Shown one piece after another: positions 4,593 to 10,859 of a stretch of DNA of 10,859 bases. This DNA is from a virus. Taxonomy: Duplodnaviria > Heunggongvirae > Uroviricota > Caudoviricetes. Both the position numbers and the translations under genes were made by a program. The first letter of the stretch is position 1, and each line of letters opens with the position of its first letter. The stretch is from the IMG/VR virus record IMGVR_UViG_3300003267_000376; one strand, given 5' to 3'. The notes below the pieces were generated by a model. The model did no database searches. It was not told the origin of the DNA and worked only from the letters and a program-made list of their open reading frames with translations.

Positions 4593-4726
4593 GAGGGCGA
4601 CTCAAGAAGTGTCCGTGCCCGCACCCGTGCAGCGCAAGGATCCCTGAAGGCCAGTGGCTGTGCTGGCTCTGTCATAAGGAGCATCAGGAGCTAGTGACCT
4701 ATGGTGGCCGACCCCGAAGACGGTGA
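4589..4726 (+). CDS. Small Cys/His-rich zinc-finger-like protein, 45 aa (not in ORF track)
   Basis: GTGA overlap with the upstream stop; my translation MRGRLKKCPCPHPCSARIPEGQWLCWLCHKEHQELVTYGGRPRRR. Confidence 0.6.
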   Translation: MRGRLKKCPCPHPCSARIPEGQWLCWLCHKEHQELVTYGGRPRRR

Positions 4727-4949
4727 TGTGCTCATTGTCACCGTACCGCGTACCGGTAAGGTGTGGGGCGTATTTTCATCTCGTGAGCGCATGCAGGCGG
4801 CGATCGATCACCACGGAGACCGTAATACCATCTATCACATCCAAACCTTTCAAGTGGATTACCGATGGAGACACCGTCGCCGTATCGCGCGCGCCCTGGC
4901 GAGCGCTGGGTCTGTCACCCAGACGGCACGCGATGGACACGCTTCGTAG
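4701..4949 (+). CDS. Hypothetical protein, 82 aa
   Basis: GGAG upstream of the ATG; plausible globular N-terminus (VLIVTV...VWGVFSS). Confidence 0.6.
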   Translation: MVADPEDGDVLIVTVPRTGKVWGVFSSRERMQAAIDHHGDRNTIYHIQTFQVDYRWRHRRRIARALASAGSVTQTARDGHAS

Positions 4950-5080
4950 CGTGGCCGTATTGGGCTGAGAACTACTACTGGCCCGTTGAAGACGGATGTC
5001 GCTGCGGATCGCACCCACGCCGTTTGACTCGTGAGCAGTTTGTTCTGATTTGGTCGCAAAAAAGGCTTCACAAGCGTTGA
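4865..5080 (+). CDS. Possible hypothetical protein (Trp/Cys-rich), start uncertain
   Basis: Fills the gap up to the next promoter and carries CH...CRC..H, but overlaps the upstream gene by 85 nt. Confidence 0.3.
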   Translation: METPSPYRARPGERWVCHPDGTRWTRFVAWPYWAENYYWPVEDGCRCGSHPRRLTREQFVLIWSQKRLHKR

Positions 5081-5095
5081 ATGATCAGGTATAGT
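5067..5095 (+). promoter_or_regulatory. Sigma70-type promoter (P6) of the packaging operon; no operator palindrome
   Basis: A6 tract (5058-5063), TTCACA (5067-5072), 17 bp, TATAGT (5090-5095). Confidence 0.75.
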
Positions 5096-5159
5096 GCGCT
5101 AGCGACGGAATCGCCAATTCGATACTGAACCGCAGCCACCTCCACCGGCGCGGTGCCCC

Positions 5160-5202
5160 GACAGGCGGGTAGATGTGAAAACGTCTACCCGCCTGTCTAT
5201 TT
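5160..5202 (+). terminator. 17-bp GAAA-capped hairpin followed by TATTT (attenuator/terminator-like)
   Basis: GACAGGCGGGTAGATGT-GAAA-ACGTCTACCCGCCTGTC (one U-G pair), ending about 12 nt before the SD of the QueD-like gene. Confidence 0.65.
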
Positions 5203-5218
5203 GTAGTTGGAGCTGGGT

Positions 5219-5584
5219 GTGTTCTTCACGATCACAGCGCGTCACGCGTTTGATGCGAGCCATCGACTGGATGAATCCCACAAGGGCTGCGGCCATCGCT
5301 GGGAAGTGACGGTCACCGCGCGGCAGCACTTCAACGCTTCCAAGCAGCGGTTGCCCGATGACGACCTGCAGGAGGCATTGGTCGAGCTGCTGACGCCGCT
5401 CTATAACCGCATGCTGAACGATATGTTGCCGGCGACGTCTGCCTCGCCGGAAGGTCTGGCGAGTTGGCTCGCCGAAATTTTGGCGTTGAAGTTCCCCGAT
5501 ATCACCGAGGTCACTGTGGCGGCCAGCTACGGTAAGACGGTGACCTACCACCGGGAACTGCGTCGGGTCGGAGGTCTCTTGTGA
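5219..5584 (+). CDS. QueD / 6-pyruvoyl-tetrahydropterin-synthase-like T-fold protein (divergent)
   Basis: FDASHRL, GCGHRWEVTV, LYNRMLNDML and SPEGLASWL align with FxAAH, HGH, LDHxxLND and TxExlAxW of QueD; GTG 5219 with GGAG SD. Confidence 0.8.
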   Translation: MFFTITARHAFDASHRLDESHKGCGHRWEVTVTARQHFNASKQRLPDDDLQEALVELLTPLYNRMLNDMLPATSASPEGLASWLAEILALKFPDITEVTVAASYGKTVTYHRELRRVGGLL

Positions 5585-5799
5585 GCGCTCGCGTGTTTTA
5601 TTGCACGAGCTGCCAATCCCCAACGATTGAACCGTTTGTCCTCAACGGCATCCGCTTGTGCGAGATTTGTGCTGAGGATGTCACGCCCCGCCGCGGAGGC
5701 GGGTTGGCGGGTGACTGGGCCGGGTTCCAGCAGCCGCGGATTGAACGTCGACAGCGCCGCCATCGTCATGGAGACCGCCCTGGCTACTATGAAGACTAA
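5581..5799 (+). CDS. CxxC...CxxC zinc-ribbon protein, 72 aa
   Basis: CTSC and CEIC; GTGA overlap with the QueD-like stop. Confidence 0.65.
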   Translation: MSARVFYCTSCQSPTIEPFVLNGIRLCEICAEDVTPRRGGGLAGDWAGFQQPRIERRQRRHRHGDRPGYYED

Positions 5800-6457
5800 G
5801 GGCCGGATTGAGTATCGACCGGTGACCCGTCGCGAGAGCTGGGTAGCACCCAGTGCGCTACGGCCCAATGCCTGGAATCCGAACCGCATGGACGACTTCA
5901 TGTACCAGAAGGAACTGGAGTCGATCAAGCGGTTCGGCTTTGCCGTACCTATTGTGGTGCGCTCCACCGGCACCGGGCTGGAGATCATCGATGGGGAGCA
6001 TCGCTGGCGTGCCGCCCAGGAGCTCGGTCTTGATCAAGTCCCGATCTGGGATCTGGGGCTAATCAGTGATATTGACGCCAAACAGCTGACCATCGTCCTC
6101 AATGAAACCCGGGGCGCAGCCGACCGCGACAAGCTCTCCGCCCTCATCCAGGACCTGCTCATCAGTGAGCCCACCCCGTCCCTGCAAGCGGTACTGCCGT
6201 TTAGCGAGGAGGCATTCGCGGAACTCGCCAACCTGCCGGCGTTCGATTGGCAGGAGCTCGAATCGCAGGTGCAGCGCACCAGCGATGAACGATCGCAATG
6301 GGTCGAGCGGCTGTATCGGCTACCAGCCGATGTGGCTGAAGTCCTTGATCAGGCGGTCAGCAAAGTGAAGGACAACGTCAAGCGAGAGCTTGGTGACGAT
6401 CTCGTCGACTGGCAGGCGCTCGAAGTACTCGCTGCGGATTACCTTGCAGGTGGATAG
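5789..6457 (+). CDS. ParB/Sulfiredoxin N-terminal-domain protein, 222 aa
   Basis: PNAWNPNRM, SIKRFGFAVPIVV and IIDGEHRWRAA are ParB-N motifs; start placed at ATG 5789. Confidence 0.88.
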   Translation: MKTKGRIEYRPVTRRESWVAPSALRPNAWNPNRMDDFMYQKELESIKRFGFAVPIVVRSTGTGLEIIDGEHRWRAAQELGLDQVPIWDLGLISDIDAKQLTIVLNETRGAADRDKLSALIQDLLISEPTPSLQAVLPFSEEAFAELANLPAFDWQELESQVQRTSDERSQWVERLYRLPADVAEVLDQAVSKVKDNVKRELGDDLVDWQALEVLAADYLAGG

Positions 6458-6459
6458 CC

Positions 6460-6645
6460 ATGGCCTCTTCGTATCGACCCATGCGCCTATACCGGGGAAC
6501 CACCTACGTCGTCAGCGTGGCGCCTCCGGTCAAGCTCGAACAACCAGTGATTTACGACCACGAGGGCTTCCCCGTGCGTTGGGCGCCGGCTCCCGGCAAG
6601 CCCAAGGCACCGATGGGATTCGTGATGCGGCGTGACGAAAGTTGA
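6460..6645 (+). CDS. Hypothetical protein, 61 aa
   Basis: Fills the gap between the ParB-like gene and TerS; 2-nt spacing from the upstream stop. Confidence 0.55.
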   Translation: MASSYRPMRLYRGTTYVVSVAPPVKLEQPVIYDHEGFPVRWAPAPGKPKAPMGFVMRRDES

Positions 6646-7153
6646 TTACGACCAGCTCGAGCGCGAATTCGTAACCGGCAACGTCTCCATTCGCTCGCTC
6701 GCAGCCAAGCACAACATGAGCTTCAGTGCGGTGGCGGATCAGTCGCGCAAGCGCAAGTGGGTCGAGAAGCGTGAAGACTACCGCGGTTCGCGGGCCATCA
6801 AGGTCTACGAGCGGAACACCGAGAAGTTCGCCAACGATGAGGCGCAGCTGCGCCAGGAGATGATCACGCTGTTGCGGGCCACCATGGCGCGCTGGGCCCA
6901 GCAGCTAGCCGATCCCAACAAGCCGCCGATGCTCAATGCCAAGGAGTTCGTAGAGGTCATCAAGCAGATGACGCTCATGCTCGGTGGCGTCACCGAGCGG
7001 CGAGAGGAGAAGCACCTTGGCCTTAACCTCAACGTCGGGGGACCAGGCGGATTGGAACCCGACTTCCTCAAACGACTTCTGGAAGAGTCTCGGCGGCATG
7101 TCTCCGGAGAACTGGAAAGCTCTGCAGGAGATGGCTCTGAGGGGTCTAGCTAA
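6632..7153 (+). CDS. terS: Terminase small subunit
   Basis: N-terminal HTH pattern (DYDQLEREFVTGNVSIRSLAAKHNMS..V...SRKRKW), helical middle, directly upstream of and overlapping TerL. Confidence 0.8.
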   Translation: MTKVDYDQLEREFVTGNVSIRSLAAKHNMSFSAVADQSRKRKWVEKREDYRGSRAIKVYERNTEKFANDEAQLRQEMITLLRATMARWAQQLADPNKPPMLNAKEFVEVIKQMTLMLGGVTERREEKHLGLNLNVGGPGGLEPDFLKRLLEESRRHVSGELESSAGDGSEGSS

Positions 7154-8489
7154 GGACGACATCTTCGCCTTTGGCGAGTATGTCTTCGGTCATGTCCCGG
7201 CTCCGCATCATCGCGAGATGGTGGAGTTCCTCCTCCAGGCGATCGAGTCGAAGGAAAGCGTGGTCGTCCTTGAACCGCGCGGACACGCCAAGACGACCTG
7301 GGCCAACACCATCCTAATGACCTGGCTCATTGCCCGGAACCCGCATCTGCGGGTAGGGATGATCAGTAACACCTATAAGCAGGCAGCCGACTTCAGTCGC
7401 GCCATTCGCTGGACGATGGAGGCCAATGAGCGCTTCCGCGAGGTGTTCGGTGATCTGACCGCGGGCTCGCCGAAGATGACCGATGCCGCCTGGATTCTGC
7501 CCGGCTCGAAGATGGCGGGCACCAACAACACCACCATGTACGCCCAGGGGGCGGGTGGCGCGATCATTTCAAAGCGATTCGATCTGATCCTGTGCGACGA
7601 CATCCTCGACGAAGAGAACACGGTCAACATCGAGCAACGCGAGAAGGTCGACGGTTGGTTCTGGAAGACGCTGCGGCCCTGTCTGGTGCCGGGTGGCACG
7701 ATGCTGGTCATTGGAACTCGGTGGGCTGAAGGTGACCTGTACGAACAGCTTATCAACCCACCCGAAAAAGAAGGCCGCGGCTGGACCCATTTGATTCGGG
7801 GTGCTCTAACGGAGAGCGAGGACGGGGAGCTATCCGCCTTGTGGCCAGAGGTCTGGCCCGTCCCCAAACTCCTCGAAGAGCGGGCGAACATGGGATCGGA
7901 CCTGTTTGCCTGTTCTTATCTCAATGACATTTCGGGCCTGATGCGGGGCAACGTCTTCCAGCGGGAATCGTTTCAGTACTTCGACCAGCTCGATCCCAAT
8001 AAGCGTTACACCATTCGGATGGGAGTCGACCTCGCCAGCTCTGAGAAGGAGCGAGCCGACTACACCGCCCGGGTCACGACTGCAGAAGATGAGGAGGGGA
8101 ACTTCTACGTCTTAAGCGTTTACCGCGATAAGCGCGAGACCCATCATGCGGAGTTTGTAGTAGATGGTTGGTTGGCGTACCCACACATGGACCTGGTCAT
8201 CGTCGAGAACCAGCAATTCCAGTCGACCCTCGTCCAACAACTCATGGCCGATTACGCCCGCATTCCAGTCCTCGGCAAAAAGTCCGACGTGGACAAGACG
8301 ACGCGTGCTCGAGCGGCAGCCGCGCGTTATGAGGGGCACAAGGTTTTCCACCACCGCTCGCTCGCTGGGTCCGAATTCGAGACGGAGCTGCTTAGCTTCC
8401 CGAAGGGCCACGATGACATGGTGGACGCTCTTGGATTCAGCATGGATTTGGGAGCCTCCACCTTTGTATTTGGAAAGTTGCGTCGATGA
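7098..8489 (+). CDS. terL: Terminase large subunit
   Basis: Walker A PRGHAKTT, Walker B LILCDD, motif III IGTRW, nuclease motifs GVDLA and HDDMVDA; start uncertain (7098 or 7131). Confidence 0.96.
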   Translation: MSPENWKALQEMALRGLAKDDIFAFGEYVFGHVPAPHHREMVEFLLQAIESKESVVVLEPRGHAKTTWANTILMTWLIARNPHLRVGMISNTYKQAADFSRAIRWTMEANERFREVFGDLTAGSPKMTDAAWILPGSKMAGTNNTTMYAQGAGGAIISKRFDLILCDDILDEENTVNIEQREKVDGWFWKTLRPCLVPGGTMLVIGTRWAEGDLYEQLINPPEKEGRGWTHLIRGALTESEDGELSALWPEVWPVPKLLEERANMGSDLFACSYLNDISGLMRGNVFQRESFQYFDQLDPNKRYTIRMGVDLASSEKERADYTARVTTAEDEEGNFYVLSVYRDKRETHHAEFVVDGWLAYPHMDLVIVENQQFQSTLVQQLMADYARIPVLGKKSDVDKTTRARAAAARYEGHKVFHHRSLAGSEFETELLSFPKGHDDMVDALGFSMDLGASTFVFGKLRR

Positions 8490-8695
8490 GCAGAATCCGT
8501 CAATGGCAATCGATCGAATTCCGGGACGGTACGCGGGAGGTCCCCGATCATTTGGCGATCTTGATGCGTGGTCTGGAGACTTTCCGACTTACCTATCGTG
8601 AGGCGCTCGAACAGGTCAATGGCGGGTTTTTGCGCGATTGGCTTAACGGCAAGCAGGATGATCTCCTGCGCCGCCATTTCCGTGAGAATAGCTAA
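8486..8695 (+). CDS. Hypothetical protein between TerL and portal, 69 aa
   Basis: ATGA overlap with TerL and TAATG overlap with portal. Confidence 0.75.
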   Translation: MSRIRQWQSIEFRDGTREVPDHLAILMRGLETFRLTYREALEQVNGGFLRDWLNGKQDDLLRRHFRENS

Positions 8696-10038
8696 TGGCT
8701 GGTATTTGGGATTTCATTCTGCGGCGTGACCGTCAGGCCACGCCCAAACGGCTGCCGAGCGCGCAGGCCACGGTGTTGACCACCCAAGGCCGGGTCCATA
8801 AGGCGCATGCCGCACTGTTCCGCAACTGGGCCGAGCATTCGGAGTGGATCCGCGCCGCGATCGACCTGCGTCGGAAGCAGGTCTCATCGGCCGAATGGGA
8901 CATCGTGGCCTTCGATCCCGATGTGAAGGTCGACAACCGTCGCCTGCAGCGTCGGATCAAGGAGCTATTCGATCGGCCCAATCCGGCGCTCGATTCATTC
9001 CGCTCCTTTATTGAGCCGGTGGTGGAGGATCTGCTCGTCCTTGACGCAGGGGTGATTGAAAAGGTCCGCAACCTCAAGAACGAGCCGCGTCAGCTATGGA
9101 CCGTGGACGGCGCCCAGGTGCGGGTGAGTGCAACCTGGGATGGCTCGGACCCCAACGAGGCGCGCTACTTCTGGTACCCCGATGGCTTCGAGCGTGCACG
9201 CTGGACCAATGATGAGATCGTGTACGTCATGGAGAACCCACGTAGCTACCTGCCGGTGGGGTTGTCCAAGATGGAAACGCTGAAGATGACGATCGATGCC
9301 GAGCTGGCGGGACATGAGTACAACCGCCGCCAGGTGCTGCAAGCGGCGCCGGATGGCATCTTCGACATGGGCGAAGGCGTGCGTCCCGAACAGGTTGACG
9401 AATTCGAGAATTACTGGAACACCGAGGTGGCCGGTCGCGGGGCGATCGCCTTTATCGGTGGCAGCAAGAACGCCAAGTTTATTCCCTTCCGCGCCAATAA
9501 CCGCGATATGCAGTTCTTGGAGTGGCAGATCTACCTTGTTCGCAAGGTCGCCGCAGTCTTCGGGGTGTCTCCCCAGGACTTAGGGTTGACGATGGACGTC
9601 AACCGCGCCAACGCCGAGCAGCAAGCGGAGAATACCGAAGACCGAGGACTGCGGCCACTGCTCGCCCTTATTCAAGACTATCTCACCCGTGAAATCGTGT
9701 GGGATGACGCCTTTGGCGGTCCCGCCAATAATCTCGCCTTCCGCTTTACCCGTCTGAACCTGAAGGAGACCCTCTCCAAGGCGCAGATCAATGAATTGGC
9801 CCTCGCCAAGGTGCCGTGGAAGACGATCAACGAAGCCCGCAAGGAAGACGGCCGCGAGCCGATCGGTCCTGACGGCGACGTGCTGATGTTTAACACCTCC
9901 ACCGGCGTAGTGAAGCTCGAAGACGTGCCCACTGCCCGAGAGGTGCTCGAAGCGAAGAAGCCTGCTCCTCGACCAGGCGGAGCGCCGGGATCCAACTCGG
10001 CTTCCTCAAAGTCTGGCGATCCGAGCGTCAAGGAGTAA
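8695..10038 (+). CDS. Phage portal protein
   Basis: 447 aa after TerL; portal-like segments (LLVLDAGVIEK, GLSKMETL, QFLEWQIYLVRKVAAVFGVSPQDLG, TINEARKEDGREPI). Confidence 0.93.
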   Translation: MAGIWDFILRRDRQATPKRLPSAQATVLTTQGRVHKAHAALFRNWAEHSEWIRAAIDLRRKQVSSAEWDIVAFDPDVKVDNRRLQRRIKELFDRPNPALDSFRSFIEPVVEDLLVLDAGVIEKVRNLKNEPRQLWTVDGAQVRVSATWDGSDPNEARYFWYPDGFERARWTNDEIVYVMENPRSYLPVGLSKMETLKMTIDAELAGHEYNRRQVLQAAPDGIFDMGEGVRPEQVDEFENYWNTEVAGRGAIAFIGGSKNAKFIPFRANNRDMQFLEWQIYLVRKVAAVFGVSPQDLGLTMDVNRANAEQQAENTEDRGLRPLLALIQDYLTREIVWDDAFGGPANNLAFRFTRLNLKETLSKAQINELALAKVPWKTINEARKEDGREPIGPDGDVLMFNTSTGVVKLEDVPTAREVLEAKKPAPRPGGAPGSNSASSKSGDPSVKE

Positions 10039-10041
10039 CGC

Positions 10042-10530
10042 ATGGTTGCCTCTCTCTCAGTCCGGGTCTATACCGGCACCAACGCTGGCACCGAGTCCAG
10101 TGCCGTGACCGGCATCGACTTCATCAGCGCCGATAACGCGACCAACTCGCTGGCCAACCGCCAGGCGAACCCGATCACGGTCGGCACCAACAGCTATGAG
10201 AAGTGGCTGAAGCTCAAGATCGACACGGCCCCGGCCAATGCCGTGACCAACTTCAAGCTGTGGGGCGATGGCGCGGTCCAGAGCTCGACCACGCTGATGT
10301 TCACCGCGGCCTACGTGACTGGCACTACGCCGGTGTCGTCGGCCTCGTCGATCGCGAACACCACCTTCACCAACTTCACGGCTGGCAACAAGGCCACCTG
10401 GGACTCCGCGTCCTATTCGGCCACCAACGCCACCACCAAGTACGCCGTCTTCCAGCTGCAGGTGGGTGCCACCGCGTCGCCAGGAAACTGGACGCAGGAA
10501 ACCATCAACTACAGCTACGACGAGACCTAG
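10042..10530 (+). CDS. Ser/Thr/Ala/Asn-rich beta-strand protein, probably a virion surface or structural protein
   Basis: 162 aa, about 28% Ser+Thr by my count, alternating beta-strand patterns, strongly C-ending codons, 3 nt after portal. Confidence 0.75.
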   Translation: MVASLSVRVYTGTNAGTESSAVTGIDFISADNATNSLANRQANPITVGTNSYEKWLKLKIDTAPANAVTNFKLWGDGAVQSSTTLMFTAAYVTGTTPVSSASSIANTTFTNFTAGNKATWDSASYSATNATTKYAVFQLQVGATASPGNWTQETINYSYDET

Positions 10531-10549
10531 ACCGCCGAGGGCGCAGGCC

Positions 10550-10714
10550 ATGGATCAGCTAATGGTGTGCTCCGATCCAATCCAGATGGAGATGCTGCGC
10601 ATCTTCATCGGGGTGGGCATCGTGTTCCTGATCGTGGCCTATGCATTGGGGAAGCCGGCCTGCGCCCAACACGGCATCCATCCAGATCAGTGTAAGTCTC
10701 AACACCGCGACTAA
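10550..10714 (+). CDS. Small single-TM membrane protein, 54 aa
   Basis: Hydrophobic stretch IFIGVGIVFLIVAYALG; GAGG upstream of ATG 10550. Confidence 0.5.
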   Translation: MDQLMVCSDPIQMEMLRIFIGVGIVFLIVAYALGKPACAQHGIHPDQCKSQHRD

Positions 10715-10734
10715 ACCCCTATTAGGAGTGAGGC

Positions 10735-10859
10735 GTGAGCCTAGTCGTCTTGTGCCCGTCGCGGAACCGACCGTGGCGTGCACTCGAAGCCTTCCAGTCG
10801 TATGAGCAAACCGCGGCCGATCCGCGGACGGAGATGCTCTTCGTCGTTGACGAAGACGA
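10735..10859 (+). CDS. Glycosyltransferase family 2 (GT-A) N-terminus, truncated by the window end (not in ORF track)
   Basis: SD AGGAGTGAGG then GTG; my translation MSLVVLCPSRNRPWRALEAFQSYEQTAADPRTEMLFVVDED fits the GT2 pattern vsv.iP.+NR....l.S......E.ivVDD. Confidence 0.75.
   Translation, partial: MSLVVLCPSRNRPWRALEAFQSYEQTAADPRTEMLFVVDED

Larger units (their letters stand above)
1..10859. mobile_element. Segment of a tailed bacteriophage or prophage genome (accessory region followed by packaging/head module)
   Basis: TerS-TerL-portal in canonical order, many short coupled ORFs, tRNA cluster with encoded CCA, no host housekeeping genes. No integrase or att site is in the window, so lifestyle is unknown. 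Confidence 0.95.

Noticed and set aside
5102-5160. Canonical preQ1 or fluoride riboswitch
   Set aside because: No preQ1-I stem with A-rich tail, and the fluoride-binding UGAUG segment is absent; kept only as an unclassified leader.
8282-8288. GTCCGAC as a sixth operator
   Set aside because: The central base is C, the flanking T/A are missing, and it lies inside terL with no promoter nearby.
7373-10551. Antisense and alternate-frame ORFs over terL, portal and the downstream gene (e.g. 7373..7891, 8733..9077, 10057..10551)
   Set aside because: Shadow ORFs typical of GC-rich coding DNA; no motifs or ribosome-binding sites.

Overview
The window looks like one continuous segment of a GC-rich tailed-phage (Caudoviricetes) or prophage genome. 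The right half (about 5200-10859) is a tightly coupled packaging and head operon: a divergent QueD-like protein, a CxxC zinc finger, a ParB-N-like protein, terminase small and large subunits, portal, a Ser/Thr-rich beta-strand protein and the start of a GT2 glycosyltransferase. The left half (1-5200) is an accessory region of short operons behind near-consensus sigma70-type promoters, several apparently leaderless. It encodes small Cys/His zinc-binding proteins, two toxin-less Phd/YefM-like proteins, a stand-alone PAS-domain protein, a 2-TM holin-like protein beside a signal-peptide RlpA/DPBB protein, and three tRNAs (Trp-CCA, CAT, Lys-CTT) with non-canonical features. The most notable unexplained signals are: (i) a palindrome (T)GTC-W-GACA at five promoters; (ii) a ~180-nt structured non-coding transcript (about 194-375) whose hairpin loops carry anti-Shine-Dalgarno-like sequences; (iii) a structured leader with a 17-bp GAAA-capped hairpin ahead of the late operon. 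All calls come from reading motifs and base-pairing by eye; no searches or folding programs were run. The host is not determined (leaderless genes and high GC suggest Actinomycetota, Chloroflexota or Deinococcota).
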